A stretch of 64,000 bases of DNA, taken from IMG/VR virus record IMGVR_UViG_3300025032_000461, one strand, 5' to 3'. The notes under the pieces are model-generated. The model ran no database searches and was not told the origin of the DNA. It saw nothing but the letters and a program-made list of their open reading frames with translations. The stretch comes from an uncultured virus (IMG/VR IMGVR_UViG_3300025032_000461) (lineage: Duplodnaviria; Heunggongvirae; Uroviricota; Caudoviricetes). How positions within the stretch are numbered: the stretch's first letter is position 1; each line of letters opens with the position of its first letter. The translations under genes and the position numbers were made by a program. Positions 41,747 to 51,222 of the stretch are shown here, piece by piece.

Positions 41747-42340
41747 ATGAAAGAAGAAACTAACATTAAAGAAATATCCAAAATACTAACCTTAAAAGTT
41801 TTTGAAGCTATTGACTTCTCAACGACCACACATGATAAATGGGATATTGACTCTTCCTTATTAAAACTTGATGAGGAATTTGGTGAATTATCAGAAGCTA
41901 TTTTATTTCAAATAGGATTATTGCCACATAAAAAATTAAAGGAAAAGGCTATTGGAGAAGTTGCTGATAATTTTATCCAGATTTGTTGCATATTTTCATA
42001 CCAAAAAGATATTAAAAAATATTTAAATCAAAGATTTAATATAGAAAAAAAACTGATTGAGCATTGTTTTTTAGAAATCAAGCCCTATGAAACTTTATTT
42101 TTAGCTCTAAAAGATATACAAAGAGAATATCGATTAGATTGTTCAGAAATTGAATTATTAAATGTTTTTTATTTAGAATACATACTTAAAAGACTTACTA
42201 CTTTAGCTATTATTACGAAAGCCATTGATGATAAACTTGATATTTCTGAAATTAATGAAGATTACATTGCTGAATCCATAGCCACCTTTGTTGCTCAGAT
42301 TGACTTAAAATTAAATAAATGGAAACGCAACTACCTTTAA
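41747..42340 (+). CDS. MazG-like nucleotide pyrophosphohydrolase
   Basis: KLDEEFGELSEAI...GEVAD. Confidence 0.7.
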   Translation: MKEETNIKEISKILTLKVFEAIDFSTTTHDKWDIDSSLLKLDEEFGELSEAILFQIGLLPHKKLKEKAIGEVADNFIQICCIFSYQKDIKKYLNQRFNIEKKLIEHCFLEIKPYETLFLALKDIQREYRLDCSEIELLNVFYLEYILKRLTTLAIITKAIDDKLDISEINEDYIAESIATFVAQIDLKLNKWKRNYL

Positions 42341-42431
42341 CAATAACAATACTTTAAATAACCTACAATTAAAAGGAGAAAAGCAATAATAACGTATATT
42401 AAAAAAACGATATGCTTGCTTAAAAAAATAT

Positions 42432-42641
42432 ATGAAAAAAATCAACATTACACTAGAACAAAGACTGCAAATTAATAAAATAATTAGTAGAAAAAATAAT
42501 GATATAACTTGGAATCAAGCAACAAAATTTACTGTCAATAAGGACGAGACAGAAGATAATATTAGTGCAATTGCAGAAAAAGCAAAAACTGTTTATTTTG
42601 AAAACCTTCAGGAAGATCAATACTTACACTCACTCTCATAA
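42432..42641 (+). CDS. small hypothetical protein
   Basis: 69-aa ORF followed by a terminator. Confidence 0.5.
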   Translation: MKKINITLEQRLQINKIISRKNNDITWNQATKFTVNKDETEDNISAIAEKAKTVYFENLQEDQYLHSLS

Positions 42642-42705
42642 TTAATAAGAAAGGTAAAAAAAGGAAAAACAGCAATGTTTTTCCTTTTTTAATAATTGTT
42701 TTACA

Positions 42706-43410
42706 TTAATATAATTTTAATTCTGAAGTACAGTTATTAATTACTTCAACCAGTCTTGGTTCAGTGGCTAAAATTACAATTCTATTATCGTTTCTTTCTT
42801 CATGAAATAAAACATTACTATCAGATAGTTTTGTCTTTAAGTCTTGAATGTCACATTCTTCTATTTTTAGTGTTATTTTTGCAAAAGCACCCAACAACCA
42901 ATTTCTTAAACCTTCCTCATCTAAATTTAAAATTAATTCATTGCCTGTATCCTCCATTTTATCCAACAATACACTCCAAGATGCTCTGCCAGCGTAAACT
43001 GCTAAAATCCATTTATTTAACGATAGCTCTCTATTGGCAATCAATGTTTGTTTTGCTTGTTTGTCACTAAATGGGAAGTCTACTACTTTTTTATTTAGTA
43101 CAATGTTGTTAAATTCTGACAAACAAGTATAGGTTGGCTCCTTAAATTCAGTTCTACCATGATCTTTAATTAAAACAGTGTTATTGGTTTGGCAAAACAG
43201 TAATTCACCCTCACTATTTACAGGAACAATATTTATTTTTAACCCTTCCAATACCCACTTCTTATGTATTTCATAATTATCACCTTTTAAAATAAATTTA
43301 TCTTCCGACTTATCCATTGCTCCCAACCATAACCCGACTACAGCATGAGCCACTTGTGAAGTTATTTTTCCCTTTCTCATATTTAAATCATTTCTTACAA
43401 AAATATTCAT
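42706..43410 (-). CDS. peptidyl-tRNA hydrolase 2 (Pth2) family, two tandem domains
   Basis: VRNDLNMRKGKITSQVAHA, DHGRTEF..PTYTC; degenerate second copy ending ELKLY. Confidence 0.8.
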   Translation of the reverse strand: MNIFVRNDLNMRKGKITSQVAHAVVGLWLGAMDKSEDKFILKGDNYEIHKKWVLEGLKINIVPVNSEGELLFCQTNNTVLIKDHGRTEFKEPTYTCLSEFNNIVLNKKVVDFPFSDKQAKQTLIANRELSLNKWILAVYAGRASWSVLLDKMEDTGNELILNLDEEGLRNWLLGAFAKITLKIEECDIQDLKTKLSDSNVLFHEERNDNRIVILATEPRLVEVINNCTSELKLY

Positions 43411-43561
43411 TTTTTTACCCCAAAATATTGTTTTGTTTATAATATCATGTTTTCTTAAAAACAATCAACATTTTTATTAAAAAAATACTTTTAAATTGAC
43501 TTTTAATCAAAAAAAAGGTATTATTAGTTAATAATAACTTACAAAAAAAATCAAAGGTCTT

Positions 43562-44878
43562 ATGGAAAAATTAAAAATAAAAGTAACAAATGAATATAAG
43601 ACCTGCTTAAAACTTATTAAAAATGATGAAAAATTTATTTTTATTAGTGGTAAGGCTGGTTCTGGGAAGTCAATTTTAATTAAATTCATTAAGAGTAAAA
43701 TCAGAAATAAGAAAATTATTCTTGTTGCCCCCACTGGTATATCTGCTATTAATATTGGAGGTCAAACTATACACTCTATGTTTGGCTTTACAAGTGATAA
43801 TATTACTACTGCTAAAAATATTAACTATGAAGCTACCAAAAATGGCGTCTTTGACATTGTTAACCTTATTATTATTGATGAAATTTCAATGGTTCGAGCT
43901 GATATCATGGACGGTATTGATATTGCATTAAGACGCATTAGGCGAAATAATGAACCTTTTGGTGGGGTTCAAATTATTGCTGTTGGTGATTTATTTCAGT
44001 TACAACCTATCGTCAAAACATTTGAAGAAAAACAGCATTTTAATGGATATTATAATACTGAATTCTTTTTTAGCGCAAAGGTTTTTGAAAAAATAGATTT
44101 TTCAGCAATTATTCTTAATGAAGTTTTTAGACAAAGTGATACAAAAACTATTGAAGCATTAAATACAATTAGGAATAACCCAGATAATAGGGAAGCCATT
44201 GGGTATATTAATCGTCATTGCTATGGGGTTAACAAAGAGTTCTCTACCATTCCTAGAGATATTACGCTCACTACTGATAATTACAATGCTGGTGTTATCA
44301 ATAAGAATGAGCTTTTAAAACTTAATACTAAACAATTTAATTACAATGCAGTTATTAAAGGGTATTTTAAAACAAAAATCATTACACCAGAACTACTAAC
44401 ATTAAAAGTGGGTGCCAGCGTCATGTTTACAAAAAATGGCAATGAGTGGGCAAATGGAACTTTAGCTGAAATTATTGAACTTAGTCATGATAATATTGAG
44501 GTCAAACTAAAACACAATAATAAAATAGTCAGCGTAAGTAGAGAACTTTGGGAAAATAAAAAATATCAAGTTAGCCCTGATGGAACTGAAATTGATGCTG
44601 TTGTTATTGGAAGCTTTAAACAATTTCCACTTGTTCTTGCTTGGGCAATTACTATTCATAAAAGTCAAGGTCTTACACTTGATAACATGAGAGTTGACTT
44701 ACATAAAGGAGCCTTTGCCGCAGGACAAGTATATGTTGCATTAAGTCGTTGTAAAGATCTTAATAATGTAACATTGGCAAGACCTATTAGGATTAGTGAA
44801 GTTAAAAGAGATCAGCGTATTATTGATTTTTACTCCAGAATTGAAGAAAAAGAATTTAAAAAAAAATCCAAAGAGTAA
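43562..44878 (+). CDS. PIF1-family SF1B helicase
   Basis: GKAGSGKS, APTG, DEISMV, GDLFQL, TIHKSQG, YVALSR. Confidence 0.92.
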   Translation: MEKLKIKVTNEYKTCLKLIKNDEKFIFISGKAGSGKSILIKFIKSKIRNKKIILVAPTGISAINIGGQTIHSMFGFTSDNITTAKNINYEATKNGVFDIVNLIIIDEISMVRADIMDGIDIALRRIRRNNEPFGGVQIIAVGDLFQLQPIVKTFEEKQHFNGYYNTEFFFSAKVFEKIDFSAIILNEVFRQSDTKTIEALNTIRNNPDNREAIGYINRHCYGVNKEFSTIPRDITLTTDNYNAGVINKNELLKLNTKQFNYNAVIKGYFKTKIITPELLTLKVGASVMFTKNGNEWANGTLAEIIELSHDNIEVKLKHNNKIVSVSRELWENKKYQVSPDGTEIDAVVIGSFKQFPLVLAWAITIHKSQGLTLDNMRVDLHKGAFAAGQVYVALSRCKDLNNVTLARPIRISEVKRDQRIIDFYSRIEEKEFKKKSKE

Positions 44879-44896
44879 TATTAACATATTTAATAT

Positions 44897-44922
44897 AAAA
44901 AGCCCTTAGATAAGGGCTTTTC
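44897..44922. terminator. bidirectional terminator
   Basis: aaaagccctta-ga-taagggctttt. Confidence 0.75.
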
Positions 44923-44991
44923 AATAAAATATATAGATTCGGTTAATTAGGTTTTTTTATATTTTATTTTTAACTAAAATTGAAAGCACTC

Positions 44992-45342
44992 TTAAAATTC
45001 CTCCATTTCAATAGTCTTAATGTCATAAAGCTGTCTATTATTTCCATTACTGTCTTTATAGTAAGCTTTATTTAAAAGTAAATACTCGCCTTTATATGAA
45101 GAGTACTTTAAGAAACTATTAACAATATCATCGTCAATCATCTTTTCTGTTAAAAAATATTTTTCTTTTTTGTAATTATCGGATATTTCCCACATACTGA
45201 TCTCTTTGACTTCTCTTTTACGACAATTAAAGATTAATTTTTTTAGCAAACCTTCTTCTTCGTAACTTTCGAACTCAAATACTACTTGTCTGGTATGTTT
45301 AAAGTCTAATGCAATGTCCATTAATTTTTCTAAAATTTCCAT
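44992..45342 (-). CDS. hypothetical protein
   Basis: AAGGAG RBS. Confidence 0.65.
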   Translation of the reverse strand: MEILEKLMDIALDFKHTRQVVFEFESYEEEGLLKKLIFNCRKREVKEISMWEISDNYKKEKYFLTEKMIDDDIVNSFLKYSSYKGEYLLLNKAYYKDSNGNNRQLYDIKTIEMEEF

Positions 45343-45530
45343 GATATTTCTCCTTTAGACCGAACCTAATATCAATTATATTCCTTTTTTTATATTTTTC
45401 AATCAAACTTTATTTACTTGGCTATTTATTAAACGATTGTTTTTTATATTAAAGTGTAAAAAAAATGACCAAAAAATATTTTTAAAGGTCATTTTTACAT
45501 CTTAGATAATTTAATTAATTATTTATATTA

Positions 45531-45917
45531 TTATATTTTACTTAAAAAACAAATAACAACAGCAGGATCTTTACAATTTACCTTTTCTAATGTAGTTAAT
45601 TCTTTTAAGGTTTCACCAATATAAAACTCTTCATATTTTTCATTAAATTGTTTTAATGTTATATCTAAAATTTTGTTTTCACTTTTGCATACAATCCAAG
45701 AGTGTTGATGTTTTATGTTTTCATCTTCATAAATTCCATTATGAATTTCAAAATCCTCTATATTTTCATCATTTGAAAGCAACATTAAAAATATAAAAGC
45801 AACTGCATTATTACACAATCCAGTAACTTGCCTTCCATAATCACTCTCAATATATTCAATAGATTCTTCCTTTAAGAATTTCTTTATATTAATTAACTCC
45901 CGAATCCTCTCTATCAT
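45531..45917 (-). CDS. hypothetical protein with transglutaminase/papain-like C-H-D motif
   Basis: GLCN...HSWI...ILDIT..QF. Confidence 0.55.
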   Translation of the reverse strand: MIERIRELINIKKFLKEESIEYIESDYGRQVTGLCNNAVAFIFLMLLSNDENIEDFEIHNGIYEDENIKHQHSWIVCKSENKILDITLKQFNEKYEEFYIGETLKELTTLEKVNCKDPAVVICFLSKI

Positions 45918-45938
45918 TATTAATCCTTATCATTACTT

Positions 45939-46310
45939 TCAAATTAATGGCCTTATTTCTTTTTGCTTATTGATATATTCCTTTGGGAGTATTTTTGTTT
46001 GTTGATGCTTCAAGCTTACCGTTTCAAAATCAATAGATTTATTTTTTTTCGGCTGTTGATTCCCACTTATTGGAATAAACAATAATAATGCGACAGCACT
46101 AACCATTAATCCAACTATACTTATTTTGATCGGCCAATATGGAATCAAAGACTCATAATACATAGCCACTGTTGTTACTTTTGCACCAAAAAATATATCA
46201 TAAAATGAGGTTGCCATTCCTGCTACTAATCCAAATAAAATTAGTCCAATTCCAATAACCATAATAAAATTAACCATTCTTGAATACATTTTCTTATTCC
46301 TCATTATCAA
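45939..46310 (-). CDS. membrane protein
   Basis: Two TM helices. Confidence 0.55.
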   Translation of the reverse strand: MIMRNKKMYSRMVNFIMVIGIGLILFGLVAGMATSFYDIFFGAKVTTVAMYYESLIPYWPIKISIVGLMVSAVALLLFIPISGNQQPKKNKSIDFETVSLKHQQTKILPKEYINKQKEIRPLI

Positions 46311-46464
46311 TTTTTAGTAATACTTAGTTCTTATTTAAGTCTTATTATTCTTATATTTTGCCTATCATACTTTATATAATTTAGTTTTTCAAGCTTTTAT
46401 AATTTATTTTTAGACTTGTTTTTTTTGTTTTTTCTTATATATTCTATTAAAAGAGGGACTTTTA

Positions 46465-47496
46465 ATGATTCATTTAATAAAAATACTGATAACGCTCACT
46501 ATCTTACTTACCACACTACCATCACTTGCAAGTGATATACTTCCATTTATTAAATCTTTTAACTATTATTTAAAGGACTATGGAGTTAAAGTTGGTGACT
46601 ATAGATTATCAAGCAATAAAATAGAAGGATATGAGCTTTCACTTGTTATTGTTGACCCTTATTTAACTTCAAAATATGAACCTATTCAAAAAATATTAGT
46701 GAATAAAGATTTAAATTCAGCCTTTATTATTTTTAAAGAGAATGCTATTAATGAAAAACTCCGAGACAAACCTTATATTGAGCTTGTTTCGCTATTTAGT
46801 GGAGTATTTAAGCAAGAACTCCCCACATATTACAAAAATTTACCTTTATTTTCTAAACAAAAAACAACAACATTTAGTGACAATATATTTATTTATAATG
46901 ATTCAGAAAGAAGCTTTATTATAGATAAAGATAAAACCATCGTTGCCTCTGCACAATCTCTCTTTTATAACGGTGAAACATTTACAAATTACTCAGAAGA
47001 TCAAAGAAAAGTTGACTTATATGAGTTAAGGGAGGTTATTAAATCTGTGTATGAGAGTCAAGAACAACTTACTTTTTTGCCAAAAAAAATGGATAATCTA
47101 GTCGTTGCCTTCTTTTCAACAGAACGTGCTGATACTGTTGATTTATTTAAATCAATTTCTGCTTATAATGATAGTAATATTGGCTTACTTTTTTTGCCAT
47201 ATTATGACATTACAAAAGAGCACTCTGGATTTAAGGATTACCAACTTTTTTGTCAAATTGAATTTAATCTTACTGCTGAGTATTATTTACTTGGAAATCA
47301 TAATGAACAAAATAAATTTAGTTGTGGAGACAACAACCCTTCAATTGCAGAGGATAAAACACAAAGACTTATTTCTATTTACCAAGCACGTTCTAACATA
47401 CTTAATCGTTTCTATTTAAAAGAAGATACACCTTATTACTATCTATATCAACAAGAGGTTTTCATTGATTATGAATTATATAAAGAACTTAATTAG
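46465..47496 (+). CDS. secreted DsbC-like paralog lacking CxxC
   Basis: Signal peptide; colinear with the next gene (VAFFS, LLFLP, YQLFC, TP). Confidence 0.55.
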   Translation: MIHLIKILITLTILLTTLPSLASDILPFIKSFNYYLKDYGVKVGDYRLSSNKIEGYELSLVIVDPYLTSKYEPIQKILVNKDLNSAFIIFKENAINEKLRDKPYIELVSLFSGVFKQELPTYYKNLPLFSKQKTTTFSDNIFIYNDSERSFIIDKDKTIVASAQSLFYNGETFTNYSEDQRKVDLYELREVIKSVYESQEQLTFLPKKMDNLVVAFFSTERADTVDLFKSISAYNDSNIGLLFLPYYDITKEHSGFKDYQLFCQIEFNLTAEYYLLGNHNEQNKFSCGDNNPSIAEDKTQRLISIYQARSNILNRFYLKEDTPYYYLYQQEVFIDYELYKELN

Positions 47497-48451
47497 TCTA
47501 TTTTTATTTACGCTATCATTTAATTCCTTTGCCAATATTGATACTGGAGAACTTAATGTCATTAATAAATTCCTTTTATCTTATGGTTATGAATCAGATC
47601 AAATTGAATTTAATTCAGACTACATAAATAACTCATACAAAATATCTCTTAAGAGTATTAATAAAGAGATAAATACTCTTAGACCGCTATCAACACTTTT
47701 TATACTTAATAACAAAAAAGATCAAGGATTTATCGTATTTGATATTCAAAATAACAATCCTCAAAAATACACCTTTGATAAATTTAAAACTTCAATAACT
47801 TATTTTCAAAAAAACAATAGACAATTCTTAAAATTTAGCCTTCCCATTCAAGTTAGCATTAATAGTGAGTTTAATAATGTTGATATTTATAACTCAACAA
47901 CCCATTCTTTTTTATTACCAAAATATAGTAACACTGTTTTATTTGGAGAGATTATTTCTTTTAAAGGAGATTCATATACTAATATTACAAAAAAACTTAT
48001 TATTTCAAAAAAAGAGACTGAAGAAAAAACAATAAAGGACATTATATTGCAATACCCCGATCTTCTTCTAAATTACAAGAATGTTAAATCCAATAATACT
48101 ATTGTTATCCTTTTTTCAGAATCTTGTTCTTATTGTAGAAAGATGATTAAGAATTATAAAAAATATAATGATAAAGGATATAATCTCCTTGTTTTACCTG
48201 CACCTGAAATTAGTTATGACCTTAATTTTAATCAATCAACTTATCAGTTTTTTTGCTCTGACAATATCAGTAAAGGACTCATTTCTTTTACAAGAAATGA
48301 ATCTTGTGATCCTAAAAATGAAAAAACAAGTAATATCTACTCATTAAAAAGAGATCTTCTTCAAGGTATTTATTTTAGAGGAACACCAACATTGTATCTC
48401 ACTGAATATAATTTATGGTTTTCTGGTTATTTAGATCATAAATCTTTTTAG
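47471..48451 (+). CDS. secreted thioredoxin-fold (DsbC-like) protein
   Basis: Signal peptide; FSESCSYCRKM and GTP cis-Pro motif. Confidence 0.7.
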   Translation: MNYIKNLISLFLFTLSFNSFANIDTGELNVINKFLLSYGYESDQIEFNSDYINNSYKISLKSINKEINTLRPLSTLFILNNKKDQGFIVFDIQNNNPQKYTFDKFKTSITYFQKNNRQFLKFSLPIQVSINSEFNNVDIYNSTTHSFLLPKYSNTVLFGEIISFKGDSYTNITKKLIISKKETEEKTIKDIILQYPDLLLNYKNVKSNNTIVILFSESCSYCRKMIKNYKKYNDKGYNLLVLPAPEISYDLNFNQSTYQFFCSDNISKGLISFTRNESCDPKNEKTSNIYSLKRDLLQGIYFRGTPTLYLTEYNLWFSGYLDHKSF

Positions 48452-48518
48452 AATTGTTGACTTTTCTTACCTATTAGGCTATAATTTTGAATTAAAGTAA
48501 TTTACAGGAATATTATTA

Positions 48519-49694
48519 ATGTTACTAGGTTTCTCCCATCATGAATTATATCAAAAACTTAATGTGCTTGTTAAAAACAATAGCGCAGTATTTAGCTATA
48601 CTGATACAAATATAGACGGTTCAATTTACCGTATTTTTTCTTATTCCTCTGCTGATTATAAATCTTTTTTAGCTGACGGTGCAATCGAGTGTCGTGGAAT
48701 TACATTTTTTATTGACGAACAAGAGAATTTTTTATCGCTCATATCATTACCTATGGAAAAATTCTTTAATTACAACGAAAACCCTTTTACACAAAATATT
48801 GGGGAAGAAACTGTTTCCATTGCGACCTATAAAGAAGATGGTTCTTTAATATCAACTTACCTTCACAATGGCAAAGTACACCTTAAATCAAAAGGTTCAT
48901 TCTTTTCAGAACAGGCAATTGCGGCAAATGAACTTTTACTAACATTTCCTGAATTAAAGCAACGATTACAGCATTATGAAGAACTTGGTTACACGGTAAA
49001 TATTGAATACACAGCTCCCGACAATCAAGTTGTCCTTGTTCAAGAAAAGCAAAATTTAATTATTTTAAATATTAGATCACGAAAAGATGGTTCTTATTTA
49101 TCTTATGACGATATCCTTGCACCAAAAGAACATATGGTATCTGTTTTAAGTGAGTACCATAATATGACTCTTAAAGATTTTTCAGTACTTATGTCTGGAT
49201 TAAAAAACTTAGAGGGTGCTGTTGTATTAACCAATAAAAACAAAAGGATTAAATTCAAAACAGACTGGTACTGTCAAAAGCATAACACATTTAATTATTA
49301 TTCACCTTGGGGTAGAAAAGGTAGACGTGAGATCATGAATGCCATTCTTAATCAAACCATTGATGACACTAAACAGCTTTTTGTCAATAATAAGCAAATG
49401 AGTTTTATATTAAATAGTGTAGAGTCTTTTACTATCGAATATATTCAAGAATTAACCAATGAGATTACCTTATTTTGTCAGGAAAATTCCGATCTTGATT
49501 CTTACTCATTCTTTAAAAAATGCACCTCAACTTTCAAAGATGATAACATTAAATTTACCTGTGCTATGAGAACTTACAATGGTACCCTAAAATCTATTTT
49601 AGAGCAAATTTACATTGCAACCCAATCCAGTAAGTTTTATAAATATAATAAGTTTTTGGAAAATTTAAACATTGGTTATAACGAAGATGATTAA
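48519..49694 (+). CDS. T4 Rnl1/RnlA-type RNA ligase
   Basis: ECRGI, PMEKFFN, KEDGSLI, EGAV, KFKTDWY. Confidence 0.9.
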   Translation: MLLGFSHHELYQKLNVLVKNNSAVFSYTDTNIDGSIYRIFSYSSADYKSFLADGAIECRGITFFIDEQENFLSLISLPMEKFFNYNENPFTQNIGEETVSIATYKEDGSLISTYLHNGKVHLKSKGSFFSEQAIAANELLLTFPELKQRLQHYEELGYTVNIEYTAPDNQVVLVQEKQNLIILNIRSRKDGSYLSYDDILAPKEHMVSVLSEYHNMTLKDFSVLMSGLKNLEGAVVLTNKNKRIKFKTDWYCQKHNTFNYYSPWGRKGRREIMNAILNQTIDDTKQLFVNNKQMSFILNSVESFTIEYIQELTNEITLFCQENSDLDSYSFFKKCTSTFKDDNIKFTCAMRTYNGTLKSILEQIYIATQSSKFYKYNKFLENLNIGYNEDD

Positions 49695-49720
49695 TATCAC
49701 TATTTTTCATAGAGGTTATT

Positions 49721-50095
49721 ATTAGCGACTATAGTTTTGACCTCTATTCAACCTACTATGATGAACTTAATGTTTATTATTCTGGGCTAAAACTTCCGAT
49801 TAAATTTTCAGAAAACAAACTTATTAATAATGTCACTCATAATATTATTGAAACGGAAAGTAATCACATATTTTACTTTGTGAATGAGTTACTTCACAAT
49901 GAAGTTGATTCACCTTCAATTATTTGGAATGACGGTTCTACATTTTATTATAAATACGGACAACTACATCGAGATAACTTAAAGCCAGCCGTCATTTACT
50001 CATTTGGAGAAAAACTGTATTATATTGACAACAAAAAAATAGATAAGTCCATTATTGATCAATTAATACTTGAGAAAAATATTAATTTATTTTAA
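49721..50095 (+). CDS. LHRxxxPA repeat protein; possible ATT start
   Basis: Frame open from 49691; GAGG then ATT at 49718/49721; ORF track start is GTG 49880; ends NINLF. Confidence 0.5.
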   Translation: MSDYSFDLYSTYYDELNVYYSGLKLPIKFSENKLINNVTHNIIETESNHIFYFVNELLHNEVDSPSIIWNDGSTFYYKYGQLHRDNLKPAVIYSFGEKLYYIDNKKIDKSIIDQLILEKNINLF

Positions 50096-50320
50096 TAAGT
50101 CAATATTTTATTTTAAACACTGATTTACCAGCTATATATAAAAACCTAAATTAATTAATAACTTAATAAATAATATATTATTTTAAAGTCAATACTAAAA
50201 TAAAAAAATCTTCACTTGATTTATTTATTACTCTATGATAATTTCTTACTCAATGGTTGTTGATAACAACAACTTAGAACAAGTTTATACAAAAAAAACA
50301 ACATACAAAGGAGATTGTTT

Positions 50321-51007
50321 ATGAAAAAAACTTTATTAACTGTGGCTTTATTATCTTTAACCGCTTTAAACGTTCAGGCAAGTGATGTTACTTATGAAAT
50401 TGGTATCAAAAACGACTATCGTTTAAATGGCATTTCTTTTTCTGATAAAGATCCAGTTGTTCAAGGTAAAATTGAATATGTAAATCCCGATCATGGATGG
50501 TATTTAGGCACTTGGGCTACAAGCACAGGCGGTAATGAAGCTACAGATGCTGAGGTTGAAGTATTTGGTGGCAAAAGACACATTTTTGAAAATAAAATAG
50601 CGCTAGACGTAGGATTGGTAGCTAATACTTATCATGGTGATTCAGTTTCTAATGATTTAAATTATAATGAAGTTTTGGTTGCATTAAACTATGAAGGCTT
50701 TACAGGCTCAGTGGCTTACACTAATGACTTTTTAGGCTTAGATTTCCATCAATTAGTCTCCACTGTTTCTTATACTCAACCGCTTAGCAAAGGATTTTTA
50801 AAATTATCAGCTTCTCATATTGATAATGAAGAAAATATTTACTTTGGTGATGATGCTTATATGGCTTGGGAAGTTAAGTATTTACACCCTGTTTCAGATG
50901 ACCTTGATCTAACATTAGCTTATGTTGGAACAGACATTAGTAATAGACTTGATGTTGAAAATCAAGCCCAAGATGGTGTTGTTGCTGGTTTAAATTGGAA
51001 ATTCTAA
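50321..51007 (+). CDS. TorF-like (TIGR02001-type) putative outer-membrane porin
   Basis: Signal peptide, NDYRLNGIS....P.VQG, C-terminal GLNWKF beta-signal. Confidence 0.8.
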   Translation: MKKTLLTVALLSLTALNVQASDVTYEIGIKNDYRLNGISFSDKDPVVQGKIEYVNPDHGWYLGTWATSTGGNEATDAEVEVFGGKRHIFENKIALDVGLVANTYHGDSVSNDLNYNEVLVALNYEGFTGSVAYTNDFLGLDFHQLVSTVSYTQPLSKGFLKLSASHIDNEENIYFGDDAYMAWEVKYLHPVSDDLDLTLAYVGTDISNRLDVENQAQDGVVAGLNWKF

Positions 51008-51033
51008 TTTATTAATTAATAATATTTAATTTT

Positions 51034-51057
51034 AAAGAGCCTTTTGGCTCTTTTTTT
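51034..51057 (+). terminator. intrinsic terminator
   Basis: aaagagcc-tttt-ggctcttttttt. Confidence 0.8.
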
Positions 51058-51222
51058 CTTTTAAATACAGCTTTTTAAGCTATCAATAGTTTATCACTTA
51101 CTTAATTCTTAACTTAAACATTATTGATATTTTTTTTTCTGATGATATTATGTTAAATGTGTGCTTATTATGTTTGATAATGTTAATAAAATAGCACCAT
51201 TTAATGTAAAATTTAAGGAACC

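Noticed and set aside
44934..45368. 10-bp imperfect inverted repeat (TAGATTCGGT / ACCGAACCTA) flanking gene 44992-45342
   Set aside because: Too short to distinguish from chance; no other mobility features.
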